Shown here one piece after another: positions 21,613 to 35,500 of a stretch of DNA of 64,000 bases. Below the pieces are notes generated by a model. The model worked only from the letters and a program-made list of their open reading frames with translations. It did not search any database and was not told the origin of the DNA. This DNA comes from Vitrella brassicaformis CCMP3155. Lineage: Eukaryota; Protista; Chromerida. The DNA lies in NCBI GenBank assembly GCA_001179505.1, contig CDMY01000465.1, positions 1-64,000 on the forward strand, read 5' to 3'. The position numbers and the translations under genes are program-made. How positions within the stretch are numbered: position 1 is the stretch's first letter; each line of letters opens with the position of its first letter.

Positions 21613-24600
21613 GTCACGAGCCCCGCCTTTCTACTTGTCGGGCGTCCCTCACACATCGTCTGCAGCCCACTCGAGCGCCTCAGCAGCACCGCGCAGCAGC
21701 GACAATGCTAGCAATTACCCCAGCTCGCTCGTCGGCAGCTGCTTCGTCTGCTGTGCATTCCGCGATAAGGATGACGGCACGCAGCAGGACCAGCAGGGCC
21801 ATGTGTTGATGCACCAGCACACCGACCCGTTTGTGCGGTGGCGAGATAAGTGGAAGGGCGTGTTTGACCGGCTGCTGAAGCGGCCGGAGACTGGCGTGGA
21901 GGCGGAGGTGTTTCAGATACTGGCGGGCATTCTGGCGGGCGAGGCCGTGACGGAGCAGCTTTACAGTATCTACCAGAGGAAACGGAGCGTCGTGGCACTG
22001 TTCGTGCCTGAAATCGGTGCACACACCAAACAGAGAGGAGGGGAAACACCAGCACCCTACCCTTGGTCTTTTCCCTCTCTCTGTCTGCCCTCTGGGTTTG
22101 TGCGTGTGTTTCGTCCATCCATCCACAATGTATGTGTGCAGCCAACTATCTTCTGCACGGTGCGGAGCCCAATCGCTCCCACCTGGAGCAGGTCATACTG
22201 ACCCTCTCCTCCCACGACCTGCAGCTGGCCCACCAGTTCTGGTGGTACCTCCAAGGCTCCATGATGCCCCCTGTGCTTGTGGAGGGCCAGCTGACTCAGC
22301 CCAAGCCACATGCAAGGGTGGAGCTGCTCAAGCGGGCCTTTGAGGAGGCGGGCAAGGAGGCCGTCAGCGGCGGCAAGCGGCCGGCAAAGAGGGAGATCAC
22401 TGCGCAGGTGAGAGAGGGGGTGTGGGTGTGGGGTGCATGGGTCGCGAGCAGGTCTGTGTGTGTTGTGATTGTGTGTGGGGGTGGTAGGATGATTCCAGTG
22501 AGAAGGCGGATGATGGCGCGTCGATCGACAAGAGCCAGCTGATGCACCGCTTCAGGAAGGTAGGTATACACCACGCACACGTGTTTCTTCCGTGTGTCGT
22601 CCATCCATCCATTCATTTGGGCGTTATGTCATTCGCCATGCAGACGCCCGATTTCATCGACGGCCTCGCCAACATTTCTCGCAACCTGGTGGCCATCAAG
22701 AGAAGAGACCTCAGGAAAGAGGTGAGGGAGCAATGCCACTCACCGCATCGATGTCTGCAGCCACTGTGTGGTTGATTTGTGTGCCAACTGATAGGAGCTG
22801 CAGCGGCAGCTGGGCATTCTCAACGAGATGCTGCCGGCTGATGTGTACATACCCGTGCTCAACAGACAGAAAGGAGGTGCGTGTGCCAGCCCAGCCAGCC
22901 CCCTCCCACCCACCACCACCAGACACCAAAACCTCTCCTGTGTGCAATGCACTTGTTGCAGAGAGCGAGTCGTTTGTGGCCCACACGGTGCTGCATATTC
23001 CCGTCGAGGAGGCATTCTGTCTGCATTCGAAGGACAGGGCGCCCTTCCACGTGTGCGTCGAGGTGCTCGAGACCGACATGGACGACGACAATGAGTGGGA
23101 CACGAGAGAGGTGTGCCCCCCAACACACGTGCATCCATCTGTGTGTGTGCGCGCCATCTTTCCCCTCCCATCTCTTTGCCATGTCAGGCCAACAAGACGG
23201 AGAGCGTGTTCGAGCTCATGAAGAAGTCCTTCACCCCCATGCACAACGCGTACAGCCGACGCGACTCCTACACACACACACACGACTGGCAACACAAGGC
23301 CCCCACCCACCACAACCACCCCCACGCCCACCCCTCCATGCGCCACTCGGCCCCCCTCCCGCCCCTCTCCCCGTCAGCCGACCACCAAGCAGCAGCAAGT
23401 GCCAGTGGCAACTCGGCACACGAGCACGAAGGAAGCGATGCCCACAGCTGCGCTTATCATGGTGCTGCTGGTGTGGATGAGAAGAGTGAAGGCAGGGCGG
23501 CGGCTGGTGAGCCGAAGGGGGGCGGGGGCGGGAGCGACGGCGCGGAGCTGTTCATCGACCCTGCTGTCGGCAGCCTGATCGTCTCACAGGTGCGTTGGCG
23601 CGCGCAAGGGATGCATGGACATCCACATGTTTGGATGCCTGTGCGTGTGCGTGTGTGTGTGTGCTGCAGATGCCGGAGGAGCAGAAGCAGCATGGCGAGC
23701 ACTCCCCGTTTCCCCCCCCTGGCCGCGCCCGGATGCCCAGCACCCACAGCCACGTGTACTCCCACACCCAGCCCGCCACGCCATACGTCAACGACGACAC
23801 CAACAGGCGAGAGAGAACCATCACTGAGGAGGAGACCAGAGGTATGTAGCCACACCCACACACACACAGATGAATCGATGGGGGGCATCTGCTTGTGTGC
23901 ATGGCAGGTTGGAATCCGCCCATCGTCAGCCACAATGTGAGCATGGCAGCGTCGGCGGTGCGCTCGTCCGACCGGCTGGAGGGAGACGATGACGACGACA
24001 ACTTCGAGCTCACACAGGAAGAGCTGCAGTTCTTCGTAAGCCACCGCCACATCTCTCTTCCTCTCACTCTCATTCTCTCACTCTCTCTCTCCCGGTGTGT
24101 GTGCAGGAGCGTGTCAAGCAGAAGGGCGGTGCGCGTGGCATCTTCGGCCAAGTGACGTGGGAGCAGGTGCAGGAGCGTGTGCGCAAGGCCTCCAAGTTCG
24201 GTGGCGAACGGGGATGGCGGCTCGTGTCGGTCATCGTCAAGACCAACTGCGAGCTGCGCCAGGAACAGCTGGCCGCACAGCTGCTCGGCTGGTTCCAGCG
24301 GGTAACTAACACGTGCGCAAGAGAGAGGCCGAGGGAGAGAGAGAAATGCGTGCTGCACGTGTGGCTTGGCTGCATGTCCTGCGTATCAGGTGTGGTCTCG
24401 CGCGAAGCTGAAGCTGTGGCTGAAGCCCTTCCACGTGCTGTCGACGTCGTACGATGCCGGTGGGTGGGCAGGAGGGCCGCGTGTGTGGTGAAGGCATATG
24501 TGTGTCTCTGTGTGTGTGTGGTTTGTCCATGCAGGTCTGATAGAGACGATCCCCGACGCGATATCGATCGACTCACTCAAGAAGACCTTCCCGGGCTTTG

Positions 24601-25491
24601 TGTCGATCAAGGACTACTTCGAGCGGGTCAGCCAGCAGGACCAGAGAAAGCACCCGCACAACGAACACACACACACGAAGCATTGGTCTGTGGTGCTGCT
24701 GTGTGTGTGGGTGTCATATGTGCAGACGTACCCCCACTCCCGTCTGCTGCAGAAGGCCAAGCTCAACTACGTCGCCTCAATGGCCGCCTACTCCATCGCT
24801 TGCTACATCCTGTCAATAAGGGACCGGTAGGCACACACATTCTCCCTCCCGCTCTCTCTCCCCCTCCACACTCGTACACAATTTTCAGGCACAATGGGAA
24901 CATTTTGATCGACACCGAGGGCCACGTCATCCACGTCGACTTCGGCTTCATGCTGTCTAACGCCCCCGGGAACGTGCGGTTCGAGCCGCCCTTGTTCAAG
25001 CTCACCAACGAGCTGCTCGAGGTCATGGAGGGGCCGCGCTCGACGCTCTTCAGAAAGTTCCGCGCCAGAGTCGTCAAGGGCTTCTTGGCTGTGAGGAGGG
25101 AGATGGACAACCTCTTGGGGCTCATTGAAATGATGATGCTCGGTAGGCAATTGCGCACGCAAACAGAGACACGACACCGTTCGCTCGCTCATTCGTTTCT
25201 CTCTCTGTGCGTTAAGGTGAGGAGAACATAGCGTTGCCGTGTTTTGCGTCGGGTCACGATGCGGTCATCGGCGGCATCCGGGAGAAGATCCCCGAGATGA
25301 TGCCCGAGCTGGACTTCAGGCAGCACATACACAACCTCATCGACGCATCCGTCGACAACTGGCGGTCACGATGGTCCGTACGGATGCCCTCACACACACA
25401 CGGATGCCATCGCTGCTGCACGTGTGTGTTGTGTGGTGTCTTGTGTGTCAGGTACGACAAGTATCAGCGGTACTTCGTGGGCATCATGTGA
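21608..25491 (+). CDS. PI4KB: Phosphatidylinositol 4-kinase type III beta-like, multi-exon, 5' start uncertain
   Basis: Helical region QLAHQFWWYL; LPADVYIP; HSKDRAPFHVCVEV; WRLVSVIVKTNCELRQEQLA; LIETIPDAISIDSLKK; SMAAYSIACYILSIRDR|HNGNIL; HVDFGFMLSNAPGNVRFE; C-terminal YDKYQRYFVGIM*. Confidence 0.93.
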
Positions 25492-25875
25492 TGACTGGAC
25501 CGCCTGGACCGATCGATCGCACCCATTGCCATCGTGCCCGGCAGTTTTTGATGCCTGCCTGCCTGCCTGCCTGTGTCGATTCGTTGCCCTCTGCCTGACA
25601 GTTTTGCCACGTTGCTGCGAGCATTCCGCTCGCCCCCTCGTTCATTTCCCACCACACGCTTGCGTCTGCCTGGTTGGTGCTGATTTGAGGCAGCAAGGAG
25701 GGAGATGCAGACGGATGGGGGCGAAGTGAATGAGGGCGCGACGAGGACAAATGGACAAGCTAACGTGAATGCTACTTCACGAGGTGAGGCTTTAGGGTTC
25801 GCGGGGTTCCAGGGTTTCAAAGTTTCCCATAAGTTTCCGGGTGCCATTTCGTTCGTTAACCTCTAAGACCTTGCC

Positions 25876-27599
25876 ATGGCTGTCCTTTTCACTCTTCTCT
25901 TCACCTCGATTGCCGGCCTGAGCTCTCTCGGCAGCGGCGCGCCCAGTCCTCCTCTGTGCGGCGCTTGGTGCCGGACAGCACCTGACGATGAAGCATGTGA
26001 AGTCGACAAGAGGCTCACTTCCTGCACGGGAGAGTACTGCAACACCACATGCGGGCTCTGGTGAGAAACACGGGCTGACACAATGAGATCCATCGAATCG
26101 AATCAAGCGGTGTGTGTGTGTTGTGATCACTCTTGATGCAGGTCGATGAACATGCTGAGTGGCGAAAAGCCGCCCATCCCATGCGCTATATTTGAGATGA
26201 GCGCCGGCTACCCGATCGGGACAAAGCCATGCAGACCAGACTGCCTCGGGCCTGAGGTCTCGCCGGCGCGGTGGCCCCTGCCGCTGGGTCTGGGCTTGCT
26301 GTGCTGCAACGACGAGTGCATGCCGGCTGTACAGGTGAGCATCAGCAGGTCCCAAGTGTGTGGAGCATGATGACTTGACTCTCGCTCTGTTGCTGGTACT
26401 CTCTTGCAGCGGAGGCATGCATTTCACCCCGAGTACCAGTGTGGCGTAATGCAGGTGGGTCACAGGCAGGCAGGCAGGGAGGGAGGGAGGGAGGGAGGGA
26501 GGAAGCGCGTGTGTGGCCATTGATGGGCTGGCTTCTGTGTGTCTGTGTGGGATGCATTCAGTGTCCCTGCAACGTCTTCGGCAGCGACTGCCCTGATGAT
26601 TGGAAGCGGGTAACCCGGCTGACCAAGACCCCTCTGGACCCCTCAACGGCCCAGCAGCTGTACCTGTACCTCTCTATCCCCGACTGGCATGCAGTCATGG
26701 CCTCATTCGAGCTGGGCGGCGCCACGCGCATCTTCGTCACACACGACATGGTCTCATCAGACATGCCCGAGGCCGACTACTCGATCGCGAGCGTCACCAC
26801 GCCCGGCGTGATCGAGCTGCTCTCACAGACACCCCTGGCGTACCTCCACCCCAACGCAACGGCCACGGCTCGCGCCATCCGTGCAATGCCGAATGACGTC
26901 GACCGTCCTGGTCTGGTCGTCAACCCATCTGTGGGCGCCTTCATGAACAGCAAAGGCACGACGCTGATGGGCGCCCTCACCAGTGGCGACTCTTATGGCG
27001 ATCGGCTTCTATTGGTCAGCACAGGAGTGGGTCTCGGGGCGATTCGCGCAACAGTTGAGACGCTGCTGAAGGAGAGGGGCATACTGTCACGGCTGAAGCA
27101 GGTCATCGTGTACACCGGCGACCGGTCAGTGACACACCTGCCGTACCGTGCTCACGTGGAGGGATGGCTGACCGAGGCCGACATCGAGACAGTGGTCGTC
27201 TTGAGCCGGCAGGATGACAGCTGCAGTGAGACCGATCCCCTCTGCGCAACGGCTCACGAGGCGTCCAAGCGACTGCCCCGACTGCTCGCGGCCAACCCCA
27301 CCGTGCAACGATTCGTCAACGGCACGTCCACTGATGTCAACACACCGATGGCCGAGCAACAGATGCAAATGCGCAGCCTTAGTTGGCGAGGCGGCAAGAT
27401 CTACGTGCAGCACGCCGTCGGTCTGGATATGGCCAAGGGGGGCAAGCTAGCGGCCGATGGGTGGACGTTCGGCAACACGATGGTGGTGTGTGTGGGGCGG
27501 TTCGAGATGGTCGACCAGCTGCCCGATGTGCTGCGGGCCGTCTGTCAAGATGAGGGCCAGGAATGCAGACGATTCATCGACGAGCGGCTGTTCCAGTAG
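25876..27599 (+). CDS. Signal peptide + Cys-rich region + ferredoxin-NADP reductase (FNR)-like FAD/NAD(P)-binding module, 3 exons
   Basis: Exons about 25876-26060, 26143-26334 and 26561-27599 join in phase. Motifs DYSIAS (RxYSIAS position), LLLVSTGVGLGAI (GGTGIAP position), VLSRQ, IYVQH, VVCVGRFEM (YxCG..M position). Confidence 0.75.
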
Positions 27600-28306
27600 A
27601 CGGCCTTACGTGACGAATGAATGTGTGTTGGTGTACGTAATGGGGTGGGCGGTGTCGATAGTATGAATGTGCCATGCACAGCACACAGGGAGTATTGGTT
27701 GTTAGCTGCGTGTGCAGCCCAGCCCTTTCTCGGTGTGTCTATGAAGGAAGCTATTTTTCTGTCGGCCGGCAGTGTTGCTCAGTCTGTAGTGGCTCGGACT
27801 GACCGATCGATGAGTTTGCAAGGGCTGTTCAGCACTGGTCGATTTACCTTGGTTGCTCCCCGGTTCATGTTGTTGTCTTCACTGGCACTCAGTCGCTTGC
27901 TGCCTTCGACGCGCAGCAGTCGGGAAGAGTGCAGTGCACGAGGTGACGTTAGCCGGCGAGGGCCTACCCATGGAGGTCTACGTATGGTTTGTGCGGCATA
28001 TCGAGGTTGAACAGAGACTTATTCGAAGTTGGAAACACATTGAGTCATAGCAACGGCAGGCAGAGTTTGTCGATCTCTCATGAAATGAACTGTGTCAATC
28101 GACCAACCCTCAATCACGCGAGCATCCGACGGACGGACAGGACAAAGGGGCATTGCACAGCCGAGACACGAAGAGAGACAAGACACGACCTAAGTACCCT
28201 CCTTTCAGATCAAGTCCTTTTTTCCTTCTTCAGAAGCAATTTTCTACAACCGTTTTCTTTCCACGGACGACCACGCGTCCACGTCTTTCCACCATCTCCT
28301 AAGTCA

Positions 28307-29137
28307 TCACGGGCTGACTGCATCGAAGTAATCACCTGCGATGGACACATCATCGCCGTCACCGTTGACGGAGACCATGTCCTCTTCGTATCTCGTGTCC
28401 AAGTGCGGGCGCCGCTTCTCCTTCTTTATGGCCTTCAGGGATTTCTTCGACTGGCGCTTGTTTTTTCGTGACACACATCACACGGAGGAACAAGAGGTAC
28501 ACCTCATGCATGTCAGAACCAAACAGGCCGGCTTGCTTACTTTGATTTTCTGCTTGATGCGTTTGGCCCTTGCCTCCCGAAGTTGCTGCACGACATCGCG
28601 GAGGCCGTAGTTGACCCGGACATCAGCCTGTGCCGTTTTTTCCCTGACGAGACACACGCATACAAGCCACGAGACACGAGACACGACAGGGACACGTGCA
28701 TGTTTTCTGCTGTCCATGACGATCTATCAGATGCCCTCTCTGCACAAGTCTGGCGTACATGCACAAGGGGCAGACGGCTACGCGACGACTGCTCCTGCGG
28801 AACTCAGTGCGAATCAGTCTTCGAACGCACTGATTGACAAGGAGGCATTCCATGTGTTCATCATTGACAGTGTGTGTGCACAGAATCACGGACCTTCGCG
28901 CAAAAGGAGTGACCTGACGGCAGATGGTTGGGTGGATGGATGACACACCGCACAAGACAACACACACGTCCCCCCAGAACCCCCCAGGGCCTCTCTCTCT
29001 CGCTCTTTCTCTCTCTGCGTGCGTGTGTGTGCGAATATTTGCTCACCGCATGGGAGAACTTGAGGCTGCTTGTCGACCTTTTCGTGGTGCCAGTCCTTGA
29101 AGCACACGCCGCACTGGGGAACTTCAATTCCCGCCAT
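28307..29137 (-). CDS. C3HC4 RING finger protein with basic C-terminal tail, multi-exon
   Basis: Spliced CGVC...QVLPC|GHSFCAK|CVRRL...VCPLC|MEKTAQADVRVNYGLRDVVQQL, ending DAVSP*. Confidence 0.8.
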
Positions 29138-29540
29138 CAGATACGCGAGAGCTCCCTGGAAGTTATGCGCAAGTTGTCCGCCCTAGTCTCGACGCGAAAT
29201 AAGCTGCCCTCACCTTGGGTTGATTGGACGCCGAGGTCCCCCGCGCTGGCAGCGTTGAGTTCGAGCCTGGGGGCGCATGGGGGCGGCCTGATACTGCATG
29301 CCATCAGTGCGCGTGCATTCCGTTGGTCAACAGACGAGCTAGGAGATGGAGGGAGGCCCCAACAGGAGAAGTGAACTCAGGCGACTGCGAAGCCCGGACG
29401 TAAGACCACGAGTACTGCAACCCACATGCGCAGATCTTGTCACTCACACACAGCATGAATCAATGGGAGGCAAGAGAGACGATGTATGACACTTTTTTCC
29501 GCCGAATGCTCCGCTACAGGCACCATCCGACTCGTCGGTT

Positions 29541-32500
29541 TTGTCTCTGATTGTCTCTTTGTATGTCCCCCTTTGTGCATTGCAGGAGGGTGCAGAGGCA
29601 TCGCGGTTCCCCTCCCTGGTAGCCCCAGCTCGTGCGGCAGCCGATGAGTCCTCCCGCCCACCTGCTGGTGCCCCGGGCAAGCGGCCCGAGAACAGCATGT
29701 GGGAGCTTTTCGGCCGACCCACACTCGCTACACTGGAGCAACAAGCTTCACGAAAGAGGCCCGCCATCGAGGTACACACACACGGACTCATCTCATCGAT
29801 TGCACATGCGTATGTCGGTCATGTGTTGTCCCGTTTAGTTTTCCCCTCCCGCCCCTCTGCCCGTCCCCGCTGCGCGAAAGATTGAGCCCCGGCCGTCCTC
29901 ATCTCCATCAGAGCCGTCCGAGACACGGGAGCAGAGGCTGGGAGGGGCGTTGGAGCGGCGGCTTGTCAGAGTGGAAGAGGCGGCTGCCAACCTGTCGGTG
30001 AGTGGGTGCAAGCAGGGAAGAGATGGAGAATAAGATGGGCATGCCTTTTGTGTTGGTGTGTTGATGCAGAGCGATGTTGTGCAGTTGCATGTGCTGAGGA
30101 ATCGTCTCGGGGAGGTGGAGGCGTCTGTACGTGAAGTGCGGGCCACTGTCGATAGGCGAATCGCAGGAATCGATGTGGAAACGGTGATGTCTCATCTCCT
30201 GCTGTTCTACATAGAATCGATCTCTCTCTTGCTGTTGTCAGAACTACAAGGCGTCGGGATTCATGCGCGAATATGACGAAAGGGAGAGGAGGGCCAAGGA
30301 GTGGGTCAGGAACGAGCTGCAGAGCTTGAATGAACAGGTGAAACAGACACCCATTCATCCCAACGAACACAGACACACACAGAGGGAGAGCTGTGTGTGC
30401 TCTGCAGATGGCGACCATCCGGTCGACGTCAGTGGACGCGGCACAGCGCAACCAAAACTCCATCGCTGGCCTCGCAAGGACCACACAGGCAATCCCAACA
30501 CACAGAGACACGTGGCATGACAAATGTTCATCCCCTCATGCAGGCCATCGAGGCACGGCTAGACGGTGTCGACTCCTACCTGGGCCAGCTTCGGCATCGC
30601 ATGGATTTTCTCTCGTCGAAGGCAGAGCAGGGGCGGCCGTCCGGCCACCCAGACACAGGCGGCATCCTGCCTCTGTCTGAGGGAGGCCCACTTCAGCAAA
30701 TGACGGCGCAGCGTCTGGCCGACGAGCAGAAGAAAATCGACGACCTCGCCAAGTCATTCGCTGACCAGATAAGGGTCGGCCAGGGACACAAATGTTGCAT
30801 TATCATGCGTCCTTTCTTCTTTGCGTGTATGCGCAGAGCGTACAGAATCGCATCGATGAGTTGGCTGGGAAGCAGGCAGAAGAGGCCAAAGAGCGACGGT
30901 CCATATCGGACAAGGCATTCAAACAGATCACTTCGCAGGTGGGGAATGAGTCAGCCATGCGCAACACACACACACACACACACACACACCTCTGTCCTTC
31001 AATGCAGGACGCTGCGCGAGCCAGTGACCTGCAAAAGCTCGAGACAGAGATCACAGGCGTCGGGTGAGCATCAGACAGAGAGACGCATCTGTACCCCATC
31101 TGTATGTATGGCTGCAGCAATCAGGTCGACATGGAGCGGGAGGACCGTCGCGGCGCCCTCTCTGAGCTCGAGCAGAGGATGCAGCAGTCTATGGCCATGC
31201 AGGAGGACCGCAGCAAGGCGCTGCACCGGGAAGCAGCCTCGCAGCAGAGCCAGATGATTGCCGAGTGGAAGGAGTCGGTCAAGAGCCTGCAGAAGCTCAT
31301 CCACGCCACTCAGACAGAGGCACACGACAAAATTCACGTAGGCGGCAACACACCCTTTTCGGCTGCTACAATGGATCGATCGCATCTCTGTATATGCGTG
31401 TGTGGATGCAGGCTGTGATGAAGGACAATGAGGAGAAGGAGGCGGCCCTGCTGGCAAGGCAGCTGAAGGTCAATAATGACATCACCACCAGGCTGGCTCG
31501 CCTGGAAGCGGCTGTCGACACCGAAGCGCGGCATCGTGAAGAGGCCATGCGGAAAGCAAGAGAGAAGCACGATGAGGTGAGACATGACGGAGAGAGCAGA
31601 TACATGCTATGAGTCCATATCTGCCTGTATGATGCGGTCTGTCCATGCAGTCTCGGAAGGCGATCGAGAAGATCCAACTGAGCCTGGTGCACGCCATCGA
31701 GGAGCTTCGGGGCGAGTGGCAAGACTTTCTCAAAAGCACATCCAAGGCCATCGCCACCGCATCACATACTGCGCAGCAATACACCGACACACGGGTGGGC
31801 GGTGGGCGGTTGGGTGGGTCTGTTCCACTGTGTTCCTTCTCGTCATGTGTCTGTCCATGCCTTGTCATCTTGGTGCAGTACCAGGATTGCACGCAGCGGC
31901 TGGAGGGCCTTGACTCTCTCGTCAAAGCGACGACGGCTGCACTGACGAGGACGGAGGCACAAGTGGCTGACCTCAACTCCAACTACATCACAGACCTGCA
32001 GGCCACGGAAAGTGAGACACGACGGCCGTGAGGCCACACTGCTGCACGGATCAATGCGTGCTGCAGCTCGGCTGAGGACTCGGATGTCCGACTCACAAGC
32101 GGCCGCATCAAGACAGATCACACAAGGTAGGGGAAGAGACAGAAGCGTCTGTGTCTCTCACGCAATGTGTTGATGCAGTCGAGTTTGAGCTGCGGTCGGT
32201 GGTGGACAAGCGATGTGCCGACACCGAAAGCATGGTGAGCAGGCAAGGCCTTACAGCACAAGAGAGCACAGCGGTCGTTGCGAATCCTTTGCAGCTGAAG
32301 GAGGAGGGCCAACGTACCAAAGAGAGATGCGACACACTCGCCAAGGGCGTGGACGGCACCATCGCACTCACCAGGGTAGGTGAGCATCATGTGCGCTACG
32401 ACTTTCATCCGGTCTGTGCGTCTGTCCCAGAGCGCTTTGGAGAACCAAGTGCGCGAGCTTTCCGAGCGACAAGACGCCAAACTCACAAGCGTTGACTACA

Positions 32501-35500
32501 GACTGATGAAGGTCAGCTCCCCAGGACAGGTGAATGCATCCATGAACTGCTGTGGCGTATCGACACTTCAGGACATCCAAGAGCGTGCCTCGGCGCTCGA
32601 CGATGCCCTGAAAGCGAAGGACCTCGAGCTGTCGGCTCGGATAGATGCTGTCCAGGAGACATTCCAAGAGGTAGGTAGCCACAGCTATTCACCGCTCCTG
32701 CAACCATGTGTGCTCGCAGGAGAAGGCGCGTGTGGACGCCCGCTTCAGCCTGGTCCATGAGCATGGCGCCCTGCAGGCTGAGACGATCGAGAGGTGGGGG
32801 AAACGAGAGACGTGTCTCAAACGATCGACAAGCATTGTGTGCCTTCTTCAGTGCGAGGAAGCATTTGATTGAGCAGATCCAGGACCTGGACGCAAAGACG
32901 GAAAGAGACATCACCATGTTGGATGGTCAGCCTGATTGACAGTCAGCTTGAGAGCTTTGCGACATCCACGTGTGTCTTTCAGAGAGGATGCAAGCCAAAC
33001 TGACCGATGACATCGCCGCCCTCGACATTGCATTGAGGGTGAGGGCAAGAGAATCATGCACCGAGCGACAGCAGACACGCCCCCCTTCCGCCTCATGCAG
33101 GTCTTCGCCACCGACAATCTGAACCAAGAACGCTCCGAGCGGCTTACAATGGACACCGAGCGATCACGCGTCTTCCAGGAGCGGCTCGAGAACCACGAGG
33201 AGCTCACGCGCAACCGCATCAGCATGGCCATGGAAGACGTGAGCAACCACCTGAAGGCGAGCAGAGACGCCGCACTGTTGCGGTCGGTCGCGCACGAGCA
33301 CGACGTTGATATGAGGCTGAAAGAGGCCGAGGAAAAGCGAGTGGCCTATGAAGCGTCGATGGACGCTCGCTTCGACACTTTGCACGACGAAACGCTGGAT
33401 ATCCACCAGACGCAGGAACAGGCCATGAACATGATGGCTGAAGACTGCCGAGGCATGTTGGAACGACAGCAAGAGAGGGTCATGCAAAGCGAGGCAGCTA
33501 TCAAGGCTGACATGAGAAGGGAGACTAACAAGCTCTGCAGCGACATGGCCAGCATTGTGCTGCAGACCGGGCAGCTCCGACACGAGTTGACGAAGGAGAT
33601 TGCTGCGCTTGACGGGGGGACAAATGAGCGCTTCGACACATTGCAGAACGACATGCAAGCCGCACACGAGACGCAGGAACGGGCCATGAACATGATGGCC
33701 GAAGATTGCCGAGGGATGCTGGAACGACAGCAGGAGAGGACACTGGAAAGCGAGCTGGCCATCAAAGCTGAGTTGGAGAGAGAGACAAAGAAGCTCCGCA
33801 GCGACATGGACCAGTCTGCAGAGGCTCTGATGGCCAGCATTATGCTGCAGACCAGCACCTTGCGAGACGAGCTGACCGAAGAGATAACTGCGCTCGACGG
33901 CCGCACCAACGAGCGCTTTGACACTTTGCAGAACGACCTACAAGCGGCACACGAGATGCAAGAGCACGTCATGAATATGATGGCCGAAGACTGTCGGGGG
34001 ATGCTCGAAAGACAGCAGGAGAGGACCATGCAGAGCGAGACGGCCATCAGAGCTGAGTTGGAGAGAGAGACGGAGAAGCTCCAAAGTGATATGAATCAGT
34101 CTGCAGAGGCTCTGACGGCCAGCATCATGCTGCAGGCCAGCACCTTGCGAGACGAGCTGACAGAGGAGATCACCGCCCTTGACGGCCGGACGAGCTTGCG
34201 TCTTGAGGAATTGCAGAAGCAGCATGAAGACGAGACGGGGGCAATCAGGGCCCAGCTGGAAGAAGATACAAGCGCACTGTGAGCTGACAAGAACGAGTGT
34301 ATGTGTGTGAGTGTCTCACCGCATCCATGTATTGGCAGTCGTCTTGAGTACCAGAATGAGATTCAAACCCTCCAGGACGACATGTCGGAGCAGATGGAGC
34401 ACCTGTACACGCAGACGACAATGAGGTGCGACGACATCGAGCTCAAGTGGGACGAGCTGGAAAGACGCGTCAAGGCACAGATGGACGAGGCTGCTGACCA
34501 ACAGGTGAGCCTGCAGCAAAGGTTTTCATTGTTTGCATGGCTGCTGTGGCCGTGTGCAGAGAGCGATCGATGGGAGGCTGGCCGAGACAGAGGTAGCCTT
34601 ATGTCTGCAAGACATGGTGACAAAGGTCGGTGTGTCCCTGTGCACATGTGAGAGGCGAAAACACCGGTTGCTGTCTCTCTCTGCCCCTGTCTCCTCCCTG
34701 TCTCCCTCTCTCCCCTCAGGTGGCCCTAAACTCAATCGAAGCCGCCAATGCAGAGAGCAAGCAGGAGCTCACGCGCGTCGCTGAGGGCCTGACGTGAGCA
34801 AGAGGGCAAGGACGATCCCTGACTCGCAATATGCATACCTACACCCACCACTTTGTCCTTTGTGTTTGCAGCAAGACCAACGCCGCGATAGAGATGAGGA
34901 TGAATGGTGTGACTGCACGGCTACTCATGGCCTCACAGGCACTGGAAGTCGTGAGAAGCGACATCAAAAAAGGTAGCGAGGCTGCAGCGGCCTTGAAGGG
35001 CGACGTCGACAAGACGAAAGAAGAGGTGACCCGACCCGATACACACACACTATCCACTGTGACGTGTCCGCTGCTGTCCTGTATGTGGTTCAGTGGCAGC
35101 AGGAGACCGAGTCGATTCGCCGCCATCAGGACGAGTTTGAGAAGACAGCCACCGTCACGATGGACGGCCTCGGCGCTGAAATGCTTCTCGTCAACACCAA
35201 CGTCCAGAAGGCCCAAAAGGACGTATGTGTACACGGCACCGCCATACCAACCACGCCACTTCCCCTCCGCTCTCTTGCCCGTCCATCAGGTGGAGGCCAT
35301 CCGCGCAGAGGTCAAGAAGCTCGACGATCTGCGGCCGAAGGTCTCCTTGCTCGAGGACGAGGTGGGTACTGTATATAACAGGGCATATAACAGGCAGAAG
35401 AGTCCATCTGTTCTGTATGTGTACAGGTGGACGAGCAGCTCACACCTCGGCTGACGAAGCTGACGGCGGCTGACGAGGTCAAAACCGTGCAAGAAAGAAA

